This document shows positions 36,917 through 47,059 of a stretch of 64,000 bases of DNA, in pieces. The stretch lies in the NCBI GenBank assembly GCA_963795195.1, contig CAWCGU010000003.1, forward strand, positions 83,354 to 147,353, given 5' to 3'. Made by a program: the position numbers and the translations under genes. The stretch's first letter is position 1, and the number at the start of each line of letters is the position of its first letter. A model generated the notes under the pieces. It ran no database searches. It had not been told where the DNA came from and saw only the letters and a list, made by a program, of their open reading frames with translations. This DNA is from an uncultured Thermoleophilia bacterium. Lineage in GTDB: Bacteria; Actinomycetota; Thermoleophilia; Solirubrobacterales; 70-9.

Positions 36917-36917
36917 T
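36900..36917. promoter_or_regulatory. perfect inverted repeat ATTGACTG-AC-CAGTCAAT (candidate operator)
   Basis: 8-bp arms with a 2-bp spacer, about 60 nt upstream of the GTG of the acyl-CoA dehydrogenase at 36976. Confidence 0.35.
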
Positions 36918-36975
36918 CAATGTGGCCGCCGCCTCTCCCGCGGCCGCTCGAACTTCAGCCAAAGGAGCACATCAA

Positions 36976-38223
36976 GTGGTGGACTTCACCCTCACCGACG
37001 AGCAGAAGGACCTGCGCGAGCTTGCCCACAGCTTTGCCGAGAAGGACATTCGCAAGGTCGCCGCCGAGTACGACAAGGACGGCACCTGGCCAGGAGAGAT
37101 CATTGAGAAGGCGTGGGGAGTCGGTCTGCTCAACACCCATGTCTCCGAGGCCTACGGAGGGCCCGGGCTCGACTACCTCTCGGGATGTCTGATCGAAGAG
37201 GAGCTCGGCTGGGGCTGCTCAGGGATCGGCACCTCGATGGCGGCCAACGGCCTGGCATCGGCCCCGGTTGCGCTCGGCGGCTCCGAGGAGATCAAGAAGC
37301 ACTACCTCGGCATGCTGACCGAGGAGCCGAAGCTCGCCTCGTTCTGCCTCACGGAGCCGGACGCGGGCTCCGACGTCGCCGGGATGAAGACCACGGCGAC
37401 CAAGAAGGGCGACAAGTGGGTCATCAACGGCTCCAAGTGCTTCATCACCAACGGCGGGTACGCCGATTGGTTCACGGTCTACGCCAAGACCGACAAGGAG
37501 GCCGGCCACCGCGGCATCTCCGCGTTCATCGTCCCCAAGGACGACACGATCACGGTTGACAAGAAGGAAGACAAGATGGGTCAGCGTGCCTCCAACACGG
37601 CCACCATCAGCTTCAACGACACCGAGATCCCCGCCGACCATCTGCTCGGCGAGGAGAACAAGGGCTTCAAGCTGGCGATGATGACCCTGGATCGGACCCG
37701 TCCGGGCGTGGCCGCGATGGCGGTGGGCATCGGTCGCGCGGCGTTCGAGCACGCTGCCGAGTACTCGAAGGAGCGCGTCCAGTTCGGCGTCCCGATCGCG
37801 ATGCACCAGGCGGTCGCCTTCATGATCGCCGACATGGCCACCAAGGTCGAAGCTGGCCGTCTGCTCGTCTGGCAGTCGGCCTCGTTGCTCGACAACGGCA
37901 TCCGCAACACGCTCGCGAGTTCGCACGCCAAGCGTTTCGCGGCCGACTCGGCGATGGAGATCACCGTTGACGCGGTTCAGGTCTACGGCGGCTACGGGTT
38001 CATCAAGGAGTACCCGGTTGAGAAGTTGATGCGCGACGCGAAGATCATGCAGCTCTATGAAGGCACCTCGCAGATCCAGCGCCTCGTCATCGCCAAGGAG
38101 GTCCTGATGGGCCGCGCAGTGTCGGAGCCGATGCCGGAGGTGATCGCTCAGACCGAGGCCGCCCCGGCCGGCAACGGCGTCGCTGACGAGGCTGCGGTCG
38201 AGGGGGCCGCCGCCACGGCCTAA
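36976..38223 (+). CDS. acyl-CoA dehydrogenase (short/medium-chain type) with an Ala-rich C-terminal tail
   Basis: ACAD motifs CLTEPDAGSD and VYGGYGFIKEYPVEKLMRDAK. The GTG at 36976 lies 8 nt after AAGGAG. Confidence 0.9.
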   Translation: MVDFTLTDEQKDLRELAHSFAEKDIRKVAAEYDKDGTWPGEIIEKAWGVGLLNTHVSEAYGGPGLDYLSGCLIEEELGWGCSGIGTSMAANGLASAPVALGGSEEIKKHYLGMLTEEPKLASFCLTEPDAGSDVAGMKTTATKKGDKWVINGSKCFITNGGYADWFTVYAKTDKEAGHRGISAFIVPKDDTITVDKKEDKMGQRASNTATISFNDTEIPADHLLGEENKGFKLAMMTLDRTRPGVAAMAVGIGRAAFEHAAEYSKERVQFGVPIAMHQAVAFMIADMATKVEAGRLLVWQSASLLDNGIRNTLASSHAKRFAADSAMEITVDAVQVYGGYGFIKEYPVEKLMRDAKIMQLYEGTSQIQRLVIAKEVLMGRAVSEPMPEVIAQTEAAPAGNGVADEAAVEGAAATA

Positions 38224-38262
38224 GTCGTTCGGGCATTTCGCTCAACGTGTTTCGTCGCAGGC

Positions 38263-38290
38263 AGAGGGCCCGTCTTCCGACGGGCCCTCT
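38263..38290 (+). terminator. 12-bp perfect hairpin AGAGGGCCCGTC-ttcc-GACGGGCCCTCT downstream of the ACAD gene
   Basis: Read directly from the sequence. It lies 40 nt after the stop, with a T-run (CCTTTTG) 10 nt downstream rather than directly adjoining. Confidence 0.5.
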
Positions 38291-38438
38291 TGCCGCTCCC
38301 CCTTTTGCGAACCCCGATTCCCCTGTATCCGCAGCGACCAAGCTAAGAGCTGCCACCGAGCCGGTCAGTGACCGCGCTCACTTTGTGAGCGATCGCACGC
38401 GTCGCGCCCTTGACCCTAGCCCGCTAGCCCCTTGCGCC

Positions 38439-38444
38439 TATAGT
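38439..38444 (+). promoter_or_regulatory. candidate -10 hexamer TATAGT placed for a leaderless padR-like transcript
   Basis: The hexamer ends 8 nt before the GTG at 38453. No Shine-Dalgarno sequence lies between them. Confidence 0.35.
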
Positions 38445-38452
38445 CACGCGGC

Positions 38453-38914
38453 GTGGCAGAGAGGCCCCCGAAACCCGTCGCCGCGGCCGTCGCCGAGACG
38501 GCCAGGCAGGTTGAAGCCGCCCGCACCCGCGGCAGCAGAGGCCGACGCGGCGGGCGGCCGTCCGACGTCTTCGGCGGCGAACTGCGCCGCCGCGACATCT
38601 TTCCGCTGCTGGTCTTGCACCTGATTGCGGCCGAGCCGGCCTATGGCAACCGCCTGATCGAAGAGATAGAGCGGATGACCAAGGGCGTGATCTCGGTCAA
38701 CCCGAACACGATGTACCCGCTGCTGCGCGAGCTCGAGGCAAACGGAATGATCGAGGGCCAGTGGGAGCACCCGGACCGCCGTACACGCCGCTTCTACTCG
38801 ATCACCAGGGCCGGGCGGGCGGAGTACCGGCGCCTGCGAGGCGAGTTGAAGCCGTTCCTGGAATCGGTGATCAGCTCGATGACCCTGATCGAGCGCGAGA
38901 TCTACGGAGAGTGA
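38453..38914 (+). CDS. PadR-family transcriptional regulator
   Basis: Winged-helix signature PLLVLHLIAAEPAYGNRLIEEIE ... MYPLLRELEANGMIEGQWE ... RRFYSIT. Confidence 0.85.
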   Translation: MAERPPKPVAAAVAETARQVEAARTRGSRGRRGGRPSDVFGGELRRRDIFPLLVLHLIAAEPAYGNRLIEEIERMTKGVISVNPNTMYPLLRELEANGMIEGQWEHPDRRTRRFYSITRAGRAEYRRLRGELKPFLESVISSMTLIEREIYGE

Positions 38915-38922
38915 GCGCCTGA

Positions 38923-39378
38923 GTGGGGCAGGTCGCGGCATCGGCGCTGATCGCGGCCTCTTTGGCCGAGGTCTGGGAGTTCTACTTCGACGCGGGCAGC
39001 TGGCCGCTCTGGGTCGACGGATTCGCCGCTGTGGAGAGCGTCGACGGCTATCCGCTTTCCGGCGGCGGCCTGGTCTGGACATCCGTTCCGGCCGGCCGCG
39101 GCCGAGTCTTTGAGAAGGTTCTCGAGCACGAGCCCCGCAGCCTGCATCGCGTCAGCTTCAAGGACCCCGAAAGCAGTGGAGAGCAGAGCGCCCGCTTCTC
39201 GATCGAGCCGGGCAGCGACGGCGGAGCAACCCGCGTCAGCCTCGAGCTGAGCTACGAACCCAAAACGGGGGCGGGGCCTCTCTCCGGCGCCGTCGACTGG
39301 CTGTTCGTGCGCTCTCAGATGCGCCGTTCCCTCGAGCGCTCGCTGGCCCGGCTTCGCCTCGAGGTCGATCAGCGATAG
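38923..39378 (+). CDS. SRPBCC (START/polyketide cyclase-like) family protein
   Basis: 151 aa with the N-terminal pattern I ... A ... VWEF ... W ... W typical of the family. It follows padR by 8 nt. Confidence 0.75.
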   Translation: MGQVAASALIAASLAEVWEFYFDAGSWPLWVDGFAAVESVDGYPLSGGGLVWTSVPAGRGRVFEKVLEHEPRSLHRVSFKDPESSGEQSARFSIEPGSDGGATRVSLELSYEPKTGAGPLSGAVDWLFVRSQMRRSLERSLARLRLEVDQR

Positions 39379-39415
39379 TTTGATGAACACGCTGGCGACG
39401 ATTGGAGATTTAGGG

Positions 39416-40784
39416 ATGGGCAACGGGCTGACAGACGGATTCGAGGGTGCGGTGATCGGGCCGCCCGATCAGGACTACGAGAAGGCGCGCCGCGTCTTCA
39501 ACGCAATGATCGATCGCCGCCCGGCGCTGATCGCGCAGTGCGCCAGTGCAGCGGACGTCAAGGCCGCCTTTGCACATGCGCGCAGCGAGGGGCTCGCCGT
39601 GGCCGTGCGCGGCGGCGGCCACAGCGTCGCCGGGGCATGTTCGGTTGACGGCGGGCTGGTCATCGACATGAGGCGGATGAACGCGGTCGAGGTTGATCCC
39701 GAGGCGAAGACCGCCCGTGTCCAGGGCGGCGCGACCTGGGCGGACTTCGACGCGGCGACGCAACCGCACGGACTGGTCACGACGGGTGGCCGGGTCTCGA
39801 CGACGGGCGTGGCGGGGCTCACCCTCGGCGGCGGCTCGGGATGGATCGAGCGCAAGTTCGGCCTGGCCTGCGACAACCTGCTCGCGGTCGATTTGATCAC
39901 TCCGGACGGGCGCGAGATCATCGCCAGCGAGTCGGAGAACGCCGAGTTGTTCTGGGGGCTCCACGGCGCGGGCGGCAACTTCGGCGTCGCCACGTCCCTG
40001 ACCTTCCGGTTGCACGACCTACCGGCATTCACAGCCGCCTTGATGCTCTGGCCGGCTGAGCGCGGGCGAGGAGATCTCGCGGCTTTACCGCGACCTCATC
40101 GAGGCGGGCGCTCCGGAGGAGCTGGGAGGCGGCGTCGCCTACCTGACGGGGCCACCCGAGGAGTTCGTCGCGGAACCTCTGCATGGCCAGCGCTGTGCCG
40201 GTCTGATCGTCACCTTTGCCGGACCCGAAGCGCAGGCACGTGAGGTCATCGACCCCTTCCTTGCTCTCCATCCGCCGGGCCTGATGATGGCGGAGATGCC
40301 GTACTCGGCCTTCCAGCAGGCGATCGACGATCCGCCGGGCTTTCGTAACTACTGGTCGGCGCAACATCTCCAAACGCTTCCGGACGAGGCGCTGGCGCTC
40401 TACTGCTCCCAGGGCGAGGAGATGATCGTGCCCTCGCCGTCCCAGCACCTGCTGGTGCCCTGGGGCGGTCAGGTCGAGCGCGATGCAGCGGCCTGGCCGC
40501 TACCGCACCGCGGCGCCAGCTGGGTCGTTCATCCATTCGGCCTCTGGGAGGACGAAGCCGACGACGAGCGCGGGATCGCCTGGGCTCGCAAGTCGGTCGC
40601 CGACCTTGAGCCGTACTCCACGGGCGCCGTCTACCTCAACTTCATCGGTGACGAGGGCGAGGATCGGGTGATCGCCGGGTTCGGAAGCGAGAACTACGAT
40701 CGGCTGGCCGCGGTCAAGGCCGAGTACGACCCCGGCAACATCCTCAACCTGCACCACGCCATTCGCCCGCTGGCGCCTGCCTGA
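39416..40784 (+). pseudogene. FAD-linked oxidase with a BBE-like C-terminus, interrupted by one frameshift (or a sequencing indel)
   Basis: The FAD_binding_4 part (VAVRGGGHSVAG, GGATW, GLTLGGGSGW) is in one frame up to about 40063. The rest (GEEISRLYRDLIEAG ... YLNFIGDEG ... NYDRLAAVKAEYDPGNILNLHHAIRP) is in the +1 frame. The shift lies at a GGG run near 40064-40066. Confidence 0.75.
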
Positions 40785-40906
40785 GTCCCATCGCGGCCGA
40801 CAACTCCTCGGCTGCCCGATAGCCTTCCGGCCCCGCCGGCCTCTGACTTTCGTTTCGGGGCGGGCTCAAGCTGACCCACGTCACTCACCGGAGGTAATTC
40901 CCAGGC

Positions 40907-42904
40907 ATGTTCGTCTCTAAGGCTGCAGTTGTCGGTGCCGGCACGATGGGAGGCGAGATCGCCCAACTGATCGCCGCCGCCGATATACCCGTGCTCCTCA
41001 AGGACATCGACCAGAAGTTCGTCGACCAGGGCCTGGAGAAGGCGCGCGAGGTGACCAAGGGCGGACTCGACCGCCTGGTCGCGAAGGAGAAGCTCACTTC
41101 CGAGCAGGCCGACGCCCAGCTCGAGCAGCTGATGGGCCGGATCACCGGGACCACCGACTACTCGGAGTTCGGCGACGTCGACTTCGTGATCGAGGCGGCG
41201 CCGGAGAAGATGGAGATCAAGCAGCAGGTGTTCGCCGAGCTCGACGCGGTCACGCCGGGCGGCGCGATCCTCGCCTCGAACACCTCTTCACTGTCGATCA
41301 CTGAGATGGCCGACGTGACGCTGCGGCCCGAGAAGGTCGTCGGCTTCCACTTCTTCTACCCGGCGTCGGTGATGCCCTTGCTCGAGATCGTCGACGGCCT
41401 GCAGACCTCGCCGGAGACGCTGACCGCGGCTGTCAACTTCGCGATGGCAATTCGCAAGCAGCCGATCACCTGTGGCGAGGTACCCGGCTTCGTCGTCAAT
41501 CGCATCCTCAACTCGGCCGTCGGCGAGATCTGGAGGGCCCAGGAGGAGGGCGGCCTCTCGATCAAGAAGATCGACGAGAGCGTCGCCGCGGCAAACGTCG
41601 CCCCGATGGGGCCGTTCATCCTCGTCGACCTGCTCGGCCTCGACACCGTGCTCCACGTCGCCGAGCATCTGCGCGAGTCCTATGGCGACCGCTTCTACGT
41701 CCACGAGGGGCACAAGAAGCTCGTCTCCGAAAAGAAGCTCGGTGCCAAGACGGGCGGCGACGGCTTCTACAAGGACGGCGAGCCGCAGATCCCAGGTGAC
41801 GCCGATCCGCCCGATGATCTGGCCGACCTCTGGACCGCCAAGGCCTTCGTCGAGGCCTGCCTCGTGCTCGAGGAGGGTGCCTGCACGGTTCGCGAGATCG
41901 ACCTCGGCCTGATGGCCGGAGCGGGGCTCGACCCCCGCCGCAACCTCTTCCCGCCGTTCTGGAAGGCCGATCTCGAAGGCCTGGACGCGACGCTCGAGCG
42001 CCTCGAGCGCCTCGAGGAGAAGCACGGCGAGCGCTTCGCACCGCCGGTGATTCTTCGGCGCCTGATAGCCCAGGGCAGGCTTGGGCTTAAGTCGGGCCAG
42101 GGTTTCTACGCCTACGCGCAGCCTGACGAAGGCGATCAGCCCGAGAAGGTCAAGCTCGAGACGCGCGGCGATGTTGCCATCGCCTGGCTTGCCAACCCGC
42201 CGATGAACGCAATTTCACCTGATGTGATTCGCGACCTCGGCGCCGTCTGGGAGAGGGTCAAGGCGTCCGGCGAAATCCGCGCGATGGTCATCGCCTCCTC
42301 GATGCCGGTCGTCTTCTCGGCCGGCGCAGATATCAAGGCGTTCACCCAGATGGACGAGGCCGGCGGCGAGAAGCTGATTCACGAGGGTCACGCTCTGCTG
42401 CGTGAGTTCGGTAGCAACCGGATCGCCACGGTCGCGGCCGTCAACGCGCTCGCATTCGGCGGGGGATGCGAGCTGGCGATGGCCTGCGACTTCCGGATTG
42501 TCGCCGAGTCGGCTGTCTTCGGCCAGCCGGAAATCAAGCTCGGGATCATCCCCGGCTTCGGTGGCACCCAGCGGTTGCCTCGCCTCGTCGGCGAGTCAAA
42601 GGCCCTGGAAATGAACTTGATCGGCGACGCGGTGCTGGCCGGTGACGCCTACGCTCACGGCCTCGCCAACCAGATCGTGCCCGACCAGGAGCTCCTGGAC
42701 AGCGCCCTGGCCTGGGCCGGGCGACTCGCTGGTCAGGCGCCGGTCGCCGTAGAGCAGATCAAGAACGTCTCGGCCAACGGTGACCTCGATGAGGGCATCG
42801 AGGCGGAGAAGGAGGGCTTCAAGACGGCCTTCAACTCCGAGGACGGCAAGGAGGGCATTTCGGCCTTCCTCGGCAAGCGCAAGGCGAACTTCCAGGGCAA
42901 GTGA
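40907..42904 (+). CDS. bifunctional 3-hydroxyacyl-CoA dehydrogenase / enoyl-CoA hydratase (FadB/FadJ-like, dehydrogenase N-terminal)
   Basis: N-terminal NAD Rossmann motif [13 protein letters not shown]-terminal crotonase module ([24 protein letters not shown]). Confidence 0.9.
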   Translation: MFVSKAAVVGAGTMGGEIAQLIAAADIPVLLKDIDQKFVDQGLEKAREVTKGGLDRLVAKEKLTSEQADAQLEQLMGRITGTTDYSEFGDVDFVIEAAPEKMEIKQQVFAELDAVTPGGAILASNTSSLSITEMADVTLRPEKVVGFHFFYPASVMPLLEIVDGLQTSPETLTAAVNFAMAIRKQPITCGEVPGFVVNRILNSAVGEIWRAQEEGGLSIKKIDESVAAANVAPMGPFILVDLLGLDTVLHVAEHLRESYGDRFYVHEGHKKLVSEKKLGAKTGGDGFYKDGEPQIPGDADPPDDLADLWTAKAFVEACLVLEEGACTVREIDLGLMAGAGLDPRRNLFPPFWKADLEGLDATLERLERLEEKHGERFAPPVILRRLIAQGRLGLKSGQGFYAYAQPDEGDQPEKVKLETRGDVAIAWLANPPMNAISPDVIRDLGAVWERVKASGEIRAMVIASSMPVVFSAGADIKAFTQMDEAGGEKLIHEGHALLREFGSNRIATVAAVNALAFGGGCELAMACDFRIVAESAVFGQPEIKLGIIPGFGGTQRLPRLVGESKALEMNLIGDAVLAGDAYAHGLANQIVPDQELLDSALAWAGRLAGQAPVAVEQIKNVSANGDLDEGIEAEKEGFKTAFNSEDGKEGISAFLGKRKANFQGK

Positions 42905-43683
42905 CCCCGGCCCCCGCTGCTGGAGCAATCCGTCTCGCCGAGCTGATCTCGGGGTCCCGTCGCACCGTAGCCCTGACCGGCGCCGGGATCTCGGTGCCTT
43001 CGGGGATCCCCGATTTCCGCAGCCCGGGCACCGGGATCTGGGAGAACGTCGACCCGATGGAGGTCGCGCATATCGACGCCTTCCATCGCGACACTCCACG
43101 GTTTTGGAGCTTCTACCGGCCGCGTTTCGAGAAGCTCGGTGACAAGCAGCCGAACGAAGCCCATCGTGTGCTTGCGGAGCTCGAGCGCCGCGGTTTAGTG
43201 GAGGCCGTGATCACCCAGAACATCGACCGCCTGCACGCCAAGGCGGGCACGCGTGAGCTGATCGAGGTTCACGGCTCGATTGCCAGCTCCAGTTGCACGA
43301 CCTGTGCGACGTCGTGGGCGCTCGAGGAGGTCGAGGCGCTGTTCGACGAGGACGGTGTCGCCACGTGTACAGCCTGCATGGGAAAGGTCAAGCCTGACGT
43401 CGTGCTGTTCGGGGAGCTGCTTCCGGAGGCGGCGATGAATCGCGCTCGCGAGCTTGCCGAAGCGGCGGACCTGATGATCTGCGTCGGCTCTTCGCTGGAG
43501 GTCTACCCGGTCGCGGGGCTGCCGGCGCTGACCTTGGACGCGGGCGGCAAGCTCGCGATCGTGACCCAGGGGCCGACGCCTTATGACGGCGATGCGAAGG
43601 TGCGCCTGCAGGGCGACGTGGTTGTCGAGCTCAGCGCCGTGCTGGACGCGCTCGGCGAGTTCAGCGAAACACTGAACGCCTGA
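42901..43683 (+). CDS. cobB: NAD-dependent protein deacylase (sirtuin, CobB-like)
   Basis: GAGISVPSGIPDFRS, QNIDRLH, HG, and the zinc motif CTTC ... CTAC. GTGA overlap with the fadB-like stop. Confidence 0.9.
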   Translation: MTPAPAAGAIRLAELISGSRRTVALTGAGISVPSGIPDFRSPGTGIWENVDPMEVAHIDAFHRDTPRFWSFYRPRFEKLGDKQPNEAHRVLAELERRGLVEAVITQNIDRLHAKAGTRELIEVHGSIASSSCTTCATSWALEEVEALFDEDGVATCTACMGKVKPDVVLFGELLPEAAMNRARELAEAADLMICVGSSLEVYPVAGLPALTLDAGGKLAIVTQGPTPYDGDAKVRLQGDVVVELSAVLDALGEFSETLNA

Positions 43684-43690
43684 CCGGCAG

Positions 43691-44578
43691 CTAGCGCGTG
43701 CCGAGGATGCGACGGCGGCGCAGGACGCGCTCGCTGAGCTTGAGGCCGTCGACGATCGCAACGGAGCTGATATCGCTCAGCGATCCGGCGGCCGCCTCAT
43801 CCGCCGCGGCCGCGATCTCGTCGCGAAGCTCGTCGAGCGCCTCGAGGTCGCGAAGCTCGTCCCCGCTGACGCCCTCAGGCACGTCGGAGAGCAGCGCCTC
43901 GACGCCGGCTCGCAGCTGCATCGCCGCCTCGCGCGGCCGGCTTTGGTCGAGGTCGAGCCGCGCTCGCAGCAGCAGGGTCTCGAAGGGTGAGACCTGGTCC
44001 TTGGCGCCAAGCACCGACGCCACTCGTTCCTGCGGGCGCAGCGAATCGGCCCAGCCGCTTCGTCGGCCGCCGATCTCGGAGGGAACGCGCAGCGCCTGAG
44101 TCCAGGTGCCGTCAGCGACCTGGAGCCCGGATCCGAAGCCGACGCGAACCGCGCTCGCCTTCTGTGGGGTGACCTCCTGAAGGTAGGGATCCATGGACGC
44201 CGCCCGCTGGGCGTGGATGGCGCGGTTGAGCATTGTCACGCCTTCGTCGATAAACGAGCTCAGGCCCTCCGTGTTCCCCTTCAGCCCGGCCAGCCACTCG
44301 GCCGCCTCGGTCGCACTCATCGGCCGCCTCGACTGCACCGCGCTGAGCCTGGTTGCCGTCAGCGCCTCCGGTACATCTTCGCCAGCGTCTGTCGGGCGGG
44401 GTTTACGCGTAAAGAAGCGGGTTCGCTTTGGCGGCGCGCCGATCGTCGTGACCACCAGCACCGCCTCGGGCTCGGCTTCGGGAGCGGGGCGGATCAAGTA
44501 GCGGCCGACGTCGAGCCCGGTCTCCCCGGGAAGCTCGAGCTGCAGGAAGGGAAAGTGCTGTTCCGCGGTCTCGCTCAC
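43691..44578 (-). CDS. hypothetical protein
   Basis: 295-aa ORF with coding-like composition, 18 nt downstream of the large hydrolase gene on the same strand. No domain recognised. Confidence 0.55.
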   Translation of the reverse strand: MSETAEQHFPFLQLELPGETGLDVGRYLIRPAPEAEPEAVLVVTTIGAPPKRTRFFTRKPRPTDAGEDVPEALTATRLSAVQSRRPMSATEAAEWLAGLKGNTEGLSSFIDEGVTMLNRAIHAQRAASMDPYLQEVTPQKASAVRVGFGSGLQVADGTWTQALRVPSEIGGRRSGWADSLRPQERVASVLGAKDQVSPFETLLLRARLDLDQSRPREAAMQLRAGVEALLSDVPEGVSGDELRDLEALDELRDEIAAAADEAAAGSLSDISSVAIVDGLKLSERVLRRRRILGTR

Positions 44579-44596
44579 GCGGCGGCCGGCCGGAAG

Positions 44597-47059
44597 CTAA
44601 TCGCCGGAGTGCGCTTCGCTGCCGCGGCGACCATCACCCGCGGGCAGGGCGGCGTCGGAGACTTCGGTGGGCACCTCGGGGTTGTCGATCTCAGCGATGC
44701 GATCGATCAGCCTGATCCACTGGTCGGGCTTGAGCAGGCGCACAAACTGCCGGCCGGTTTCCTCGGGTGTCGCGGCCGGCGTGTAGCCGAGGTGGATGTG
44801 ATCGTGATGATCGCCCATCGCGAAGCTGGGGCCGCCCAACGACATCAGGGAGATCAGCTGGGCGGGACGCATCGTGCCCTGCAGGCGCATCAGCTGCTGA
44901 AGCACCGCTTCGGTGATCGAGCCCGAGCCCTGGTGACCGAGGATCGGGATGCCGTTGACGGCGGCGATGTCGATCGCGTTGCCGGAAGAATGGGCTGAGA
45001 CGCCGCCGGCCGTCGTGTAGTAGCTGTGGCCGCACTTCAGCGAGGTGACCGTGAGCCGGAAGCCGGACTCCGCGAGGTACTCCATCGCCGCGAGGATGCG
45101 GCGGTTGATCTGGCCGCTCGCGATGTCCTGGCGGCCGCACTCGTAGATCTCGAAGCGCGGATCGGCGAGCACGCGGCGCTCGAGCTGCTCCTGGCTCATC
45201 AGCAGGATCTGGCTGACCGTCGCGCCCCGGTTGAAGGTGAAGGGGTTCTGGCCGATCGCACGGTAGATGGCGGTCGACTCGAGCAGCTTCCAGCCGTCGA
45301 GGATCGGCTTGGGGTCGATCGCGGGTGCCCCGCGGCCGGTCGGGCGGATCGCGAAGTTGATGTGGGGCGCGAGCTCGTCGACGTCGTCCTGCTTCGAGCC
45401 GACGCGACCGAGGACGGTTCCGGCGACGACCTCCGAGCCTTCCTGCAGGGGATGCAGGTTCATCGTGTCCGCGTCGAACTCGAGAACGCCGCCGAGGTAG
45501 GCCTTGACGGTCTCGTAGCCGGGCAGGTTCTCGCCGAGCAGGGCGTCGAGCTGGCCGGTCAGGCTCGCTTCCTCGATGTTTCGGGGACGCTCGGGAAGGG
45601 CGTAGATGCGCTCACGGGCGTCTTCGGTGTTGGCGACCTCGTCGGAGGGCGCAGATGCCGCGGCCGGCGTCTCCGCCTGCCGGCGGCTGCTGCCGCCCGT
45701 CGCAGAAGCGGTCGGCGCCTTGTCGTCGTCGCCCGGGCTGACCAGCTGGAAGTCCTCGGAGGAGAGCTCGCGCTCGCGGGGGACGGGGTAGACCCTTGAG
45801 ACCTCGCCGAGCCGGGCGTAGGTGAAGCGGTTGCCGTAGACGTCCTGGAGGACGATGTAGCGGCCCAGCTCGGGGTCGTTGCCGATCTCCTTGACGATCC
45901 CGTCGTTGACCGCGACAACCGGGGCGCCCTCTCGTGAGTAGATGTTGATGCCGCGGCGGGTCGGTGAGCCGGTGATCACGTCGGCGACGTTGCCGGTGCC
46001 GCCGCCGCCTGAGGCGCGCCGAGCCGCCTGGCGCTCGGAGATGTCGTCGGCGTAGCGCGCCGGGGCCGCGATCGGGAAGTGGGCGCCTTCGGTCAGACCG
46101 GTCAGGGAACCGACCAGGTCGTCGGGCAGGCGCTGGTACTCGTTTGCGTAGCCGAGCACCATGTCGACGTACCAGTCGGCATGGTTGTAGGCGAAGATTG
46201 CCGTCCGCAGATCGTCCTCCGCGCCCGCGGCCTTGAGGTAGCGGCCAGCGGCGCAGATCGCGTCAACCGGGTTGTAGGGGTCCTTCTTACCGTCGTTGTT
46301 GGCGTCGACTCCGTAGGCCTCCCAGCTTGAGGGGATGAACTGCATCCAGCCCATCGCGCCGGCGCTGGAGACGTTCAGGTTCGTCCCGAAGGCAGTCTCG
46401 ATCTTGTTGATCGAGGCCAGGATCTGCCACGGGATCCCGTACTCGGTGCCGCATGCCTGATAGATCGGCAGCAGGAATGGCGGGATCTCGAAGGAGTCGA
46501 TCATGAAGTTGGGGACGCCGATCGGCGTCGGGCCGAAGTCGGCGATCGTCACAGTCGGGTTCGAGCGCGTCGGCGTCCCGTCGTCCTGGCGCACCGGGGG
46601 CGGTTCGATGCCGCCGTCCTCGGGCCCGACGCCGCCGCTGCCGTTGCCGGTCCCCTCGCTTTCAGGCGGGGTGTCGCTGCCGTCGACGCCACCCTCGCTC
46701 GGGCCGCGCGAGCCATCCGGTCCTATCTGGCCGGTGATCGGCCCGCGGCCGGGGCGGCCACCGTCATTCCCGGGTTCAGACGGCGCCGGGGGCGCGTTGT
46801 ACTCATCGCCGTCGAGCGGGCTGCTGCAGCCCGGGTCGGCGAGGTCAACGGCGCCGTCGCCGTCGTCGTCACCGAGGTTGGCGCAGGCGGGCAGCACGCC
46901 GGCACCGATGTCGGGGAGCTCGGTGCCGCCGGGAAGGTTGATGCTGACGCCGGATTCGCCGATGCCGATCAGGCCGCCCTGCGCGGCGTTGACCGCGCCA
47001 GCGCCAACGGCGATGCCGAGGACGGCCAGAGAAATGACGAATAGGAGTCTTGATTTCAT
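44597..47059 (-). CDS. secreted three-module cell-wall hydrolase: lytic transglycosylase + M23 peptidase + LAS/M15-like peptidase
   Basis: Signal peptide and a Gly/Pro/Asp-rich linker. Lytic transglycosylase (SLT-type) block KIETAFG ... GAMGWMQFIPSSW. M23-like block (YIVLQDVYGNRFTYARLG, HINFAIRP). C-terminal GGVSAHSSGNAIDI and DHHDHIHLG resemble LAS-family zinc peptidases. Confidence 0.85.
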   Translation of the reverse strand: MKSRLLFVISLAVLGIAVGAGAVNAAQGGLIGIGESGVSINLPGGTELPDIGAGVLPACANLGDDDGDGAVDLADPGCSSPLDGDEYNAPPAPSEPGNDGGRPGRGPITGQIGPDGSRGPSEGGVDGSDTPPESEGTGNGSGGVGPEDGGIEPPPVRQDDGTPTRSNPTVTIADFGPTPIGVPNFMIDSFEIPPFLLPIYQACGTEYGIPWQILASINKIETAFGTNLNVSSAGAMGWMQFIPSSWEAYGVDANNDGKKDPYNPVDAICAAGRYLKAAGAEDDLRTAIFAYNHADWYVDMVLGYANEYQRLPDDLVGSLTGLTEGAHFPIAAPARYADDISERQAARRASGGGGTGNVADVITGSPTRRGINIYSREGAPVVAVNDGIVKEIGNDPELGRYIVLQDVYGNRFTYARLGEVSRVYPVPRERELSSEDFQLVSPGDDDKAPTASATGGSSRRQAETPAAASAPSDEVANTEDARERIYALPERPRNIEEASLTGQLDALLGENLPGYETVKAYLGGVLEFDADTMNLHPLQEGSEVVAGTVLGRVGSKQDDVDELAPHINFAIRPTGRGAPAIDPKPILDGWKLLESTAIYRAIGQNPFTFNRGATVSQILLMSQEQLERRVLADPRFEIYECGRQDIASGQINRRILAAMEYLAESGFRLTVTSLKCGHSYYTTAGGVSAHSSGNAIDIAAVNGIPILGHQGSGSITEAVLQQLMRLQGTMRPAQLISLMSLGGPSFAMGDHHDHIHLGYTPAATPEETGRQFVRLLKPDQWIRLIDRIAEIDNPEVPTEVSDAALPAGDGRRGSEAHSGD

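Noticed and set aside
42901-43683. SIR2-domain gene considered as part of an anti-phage defence system (Thoeris/DSR/SIR2-HerA type).
   Set aside because: It is a compact 260-aa CobB-like sirtuin with an intact zinc-ribbon and NAD pocket motifs. It has no fused effector or sensor domain, is coupled to a beta-oxidation gene, and has no partner genes typical of defence systems.
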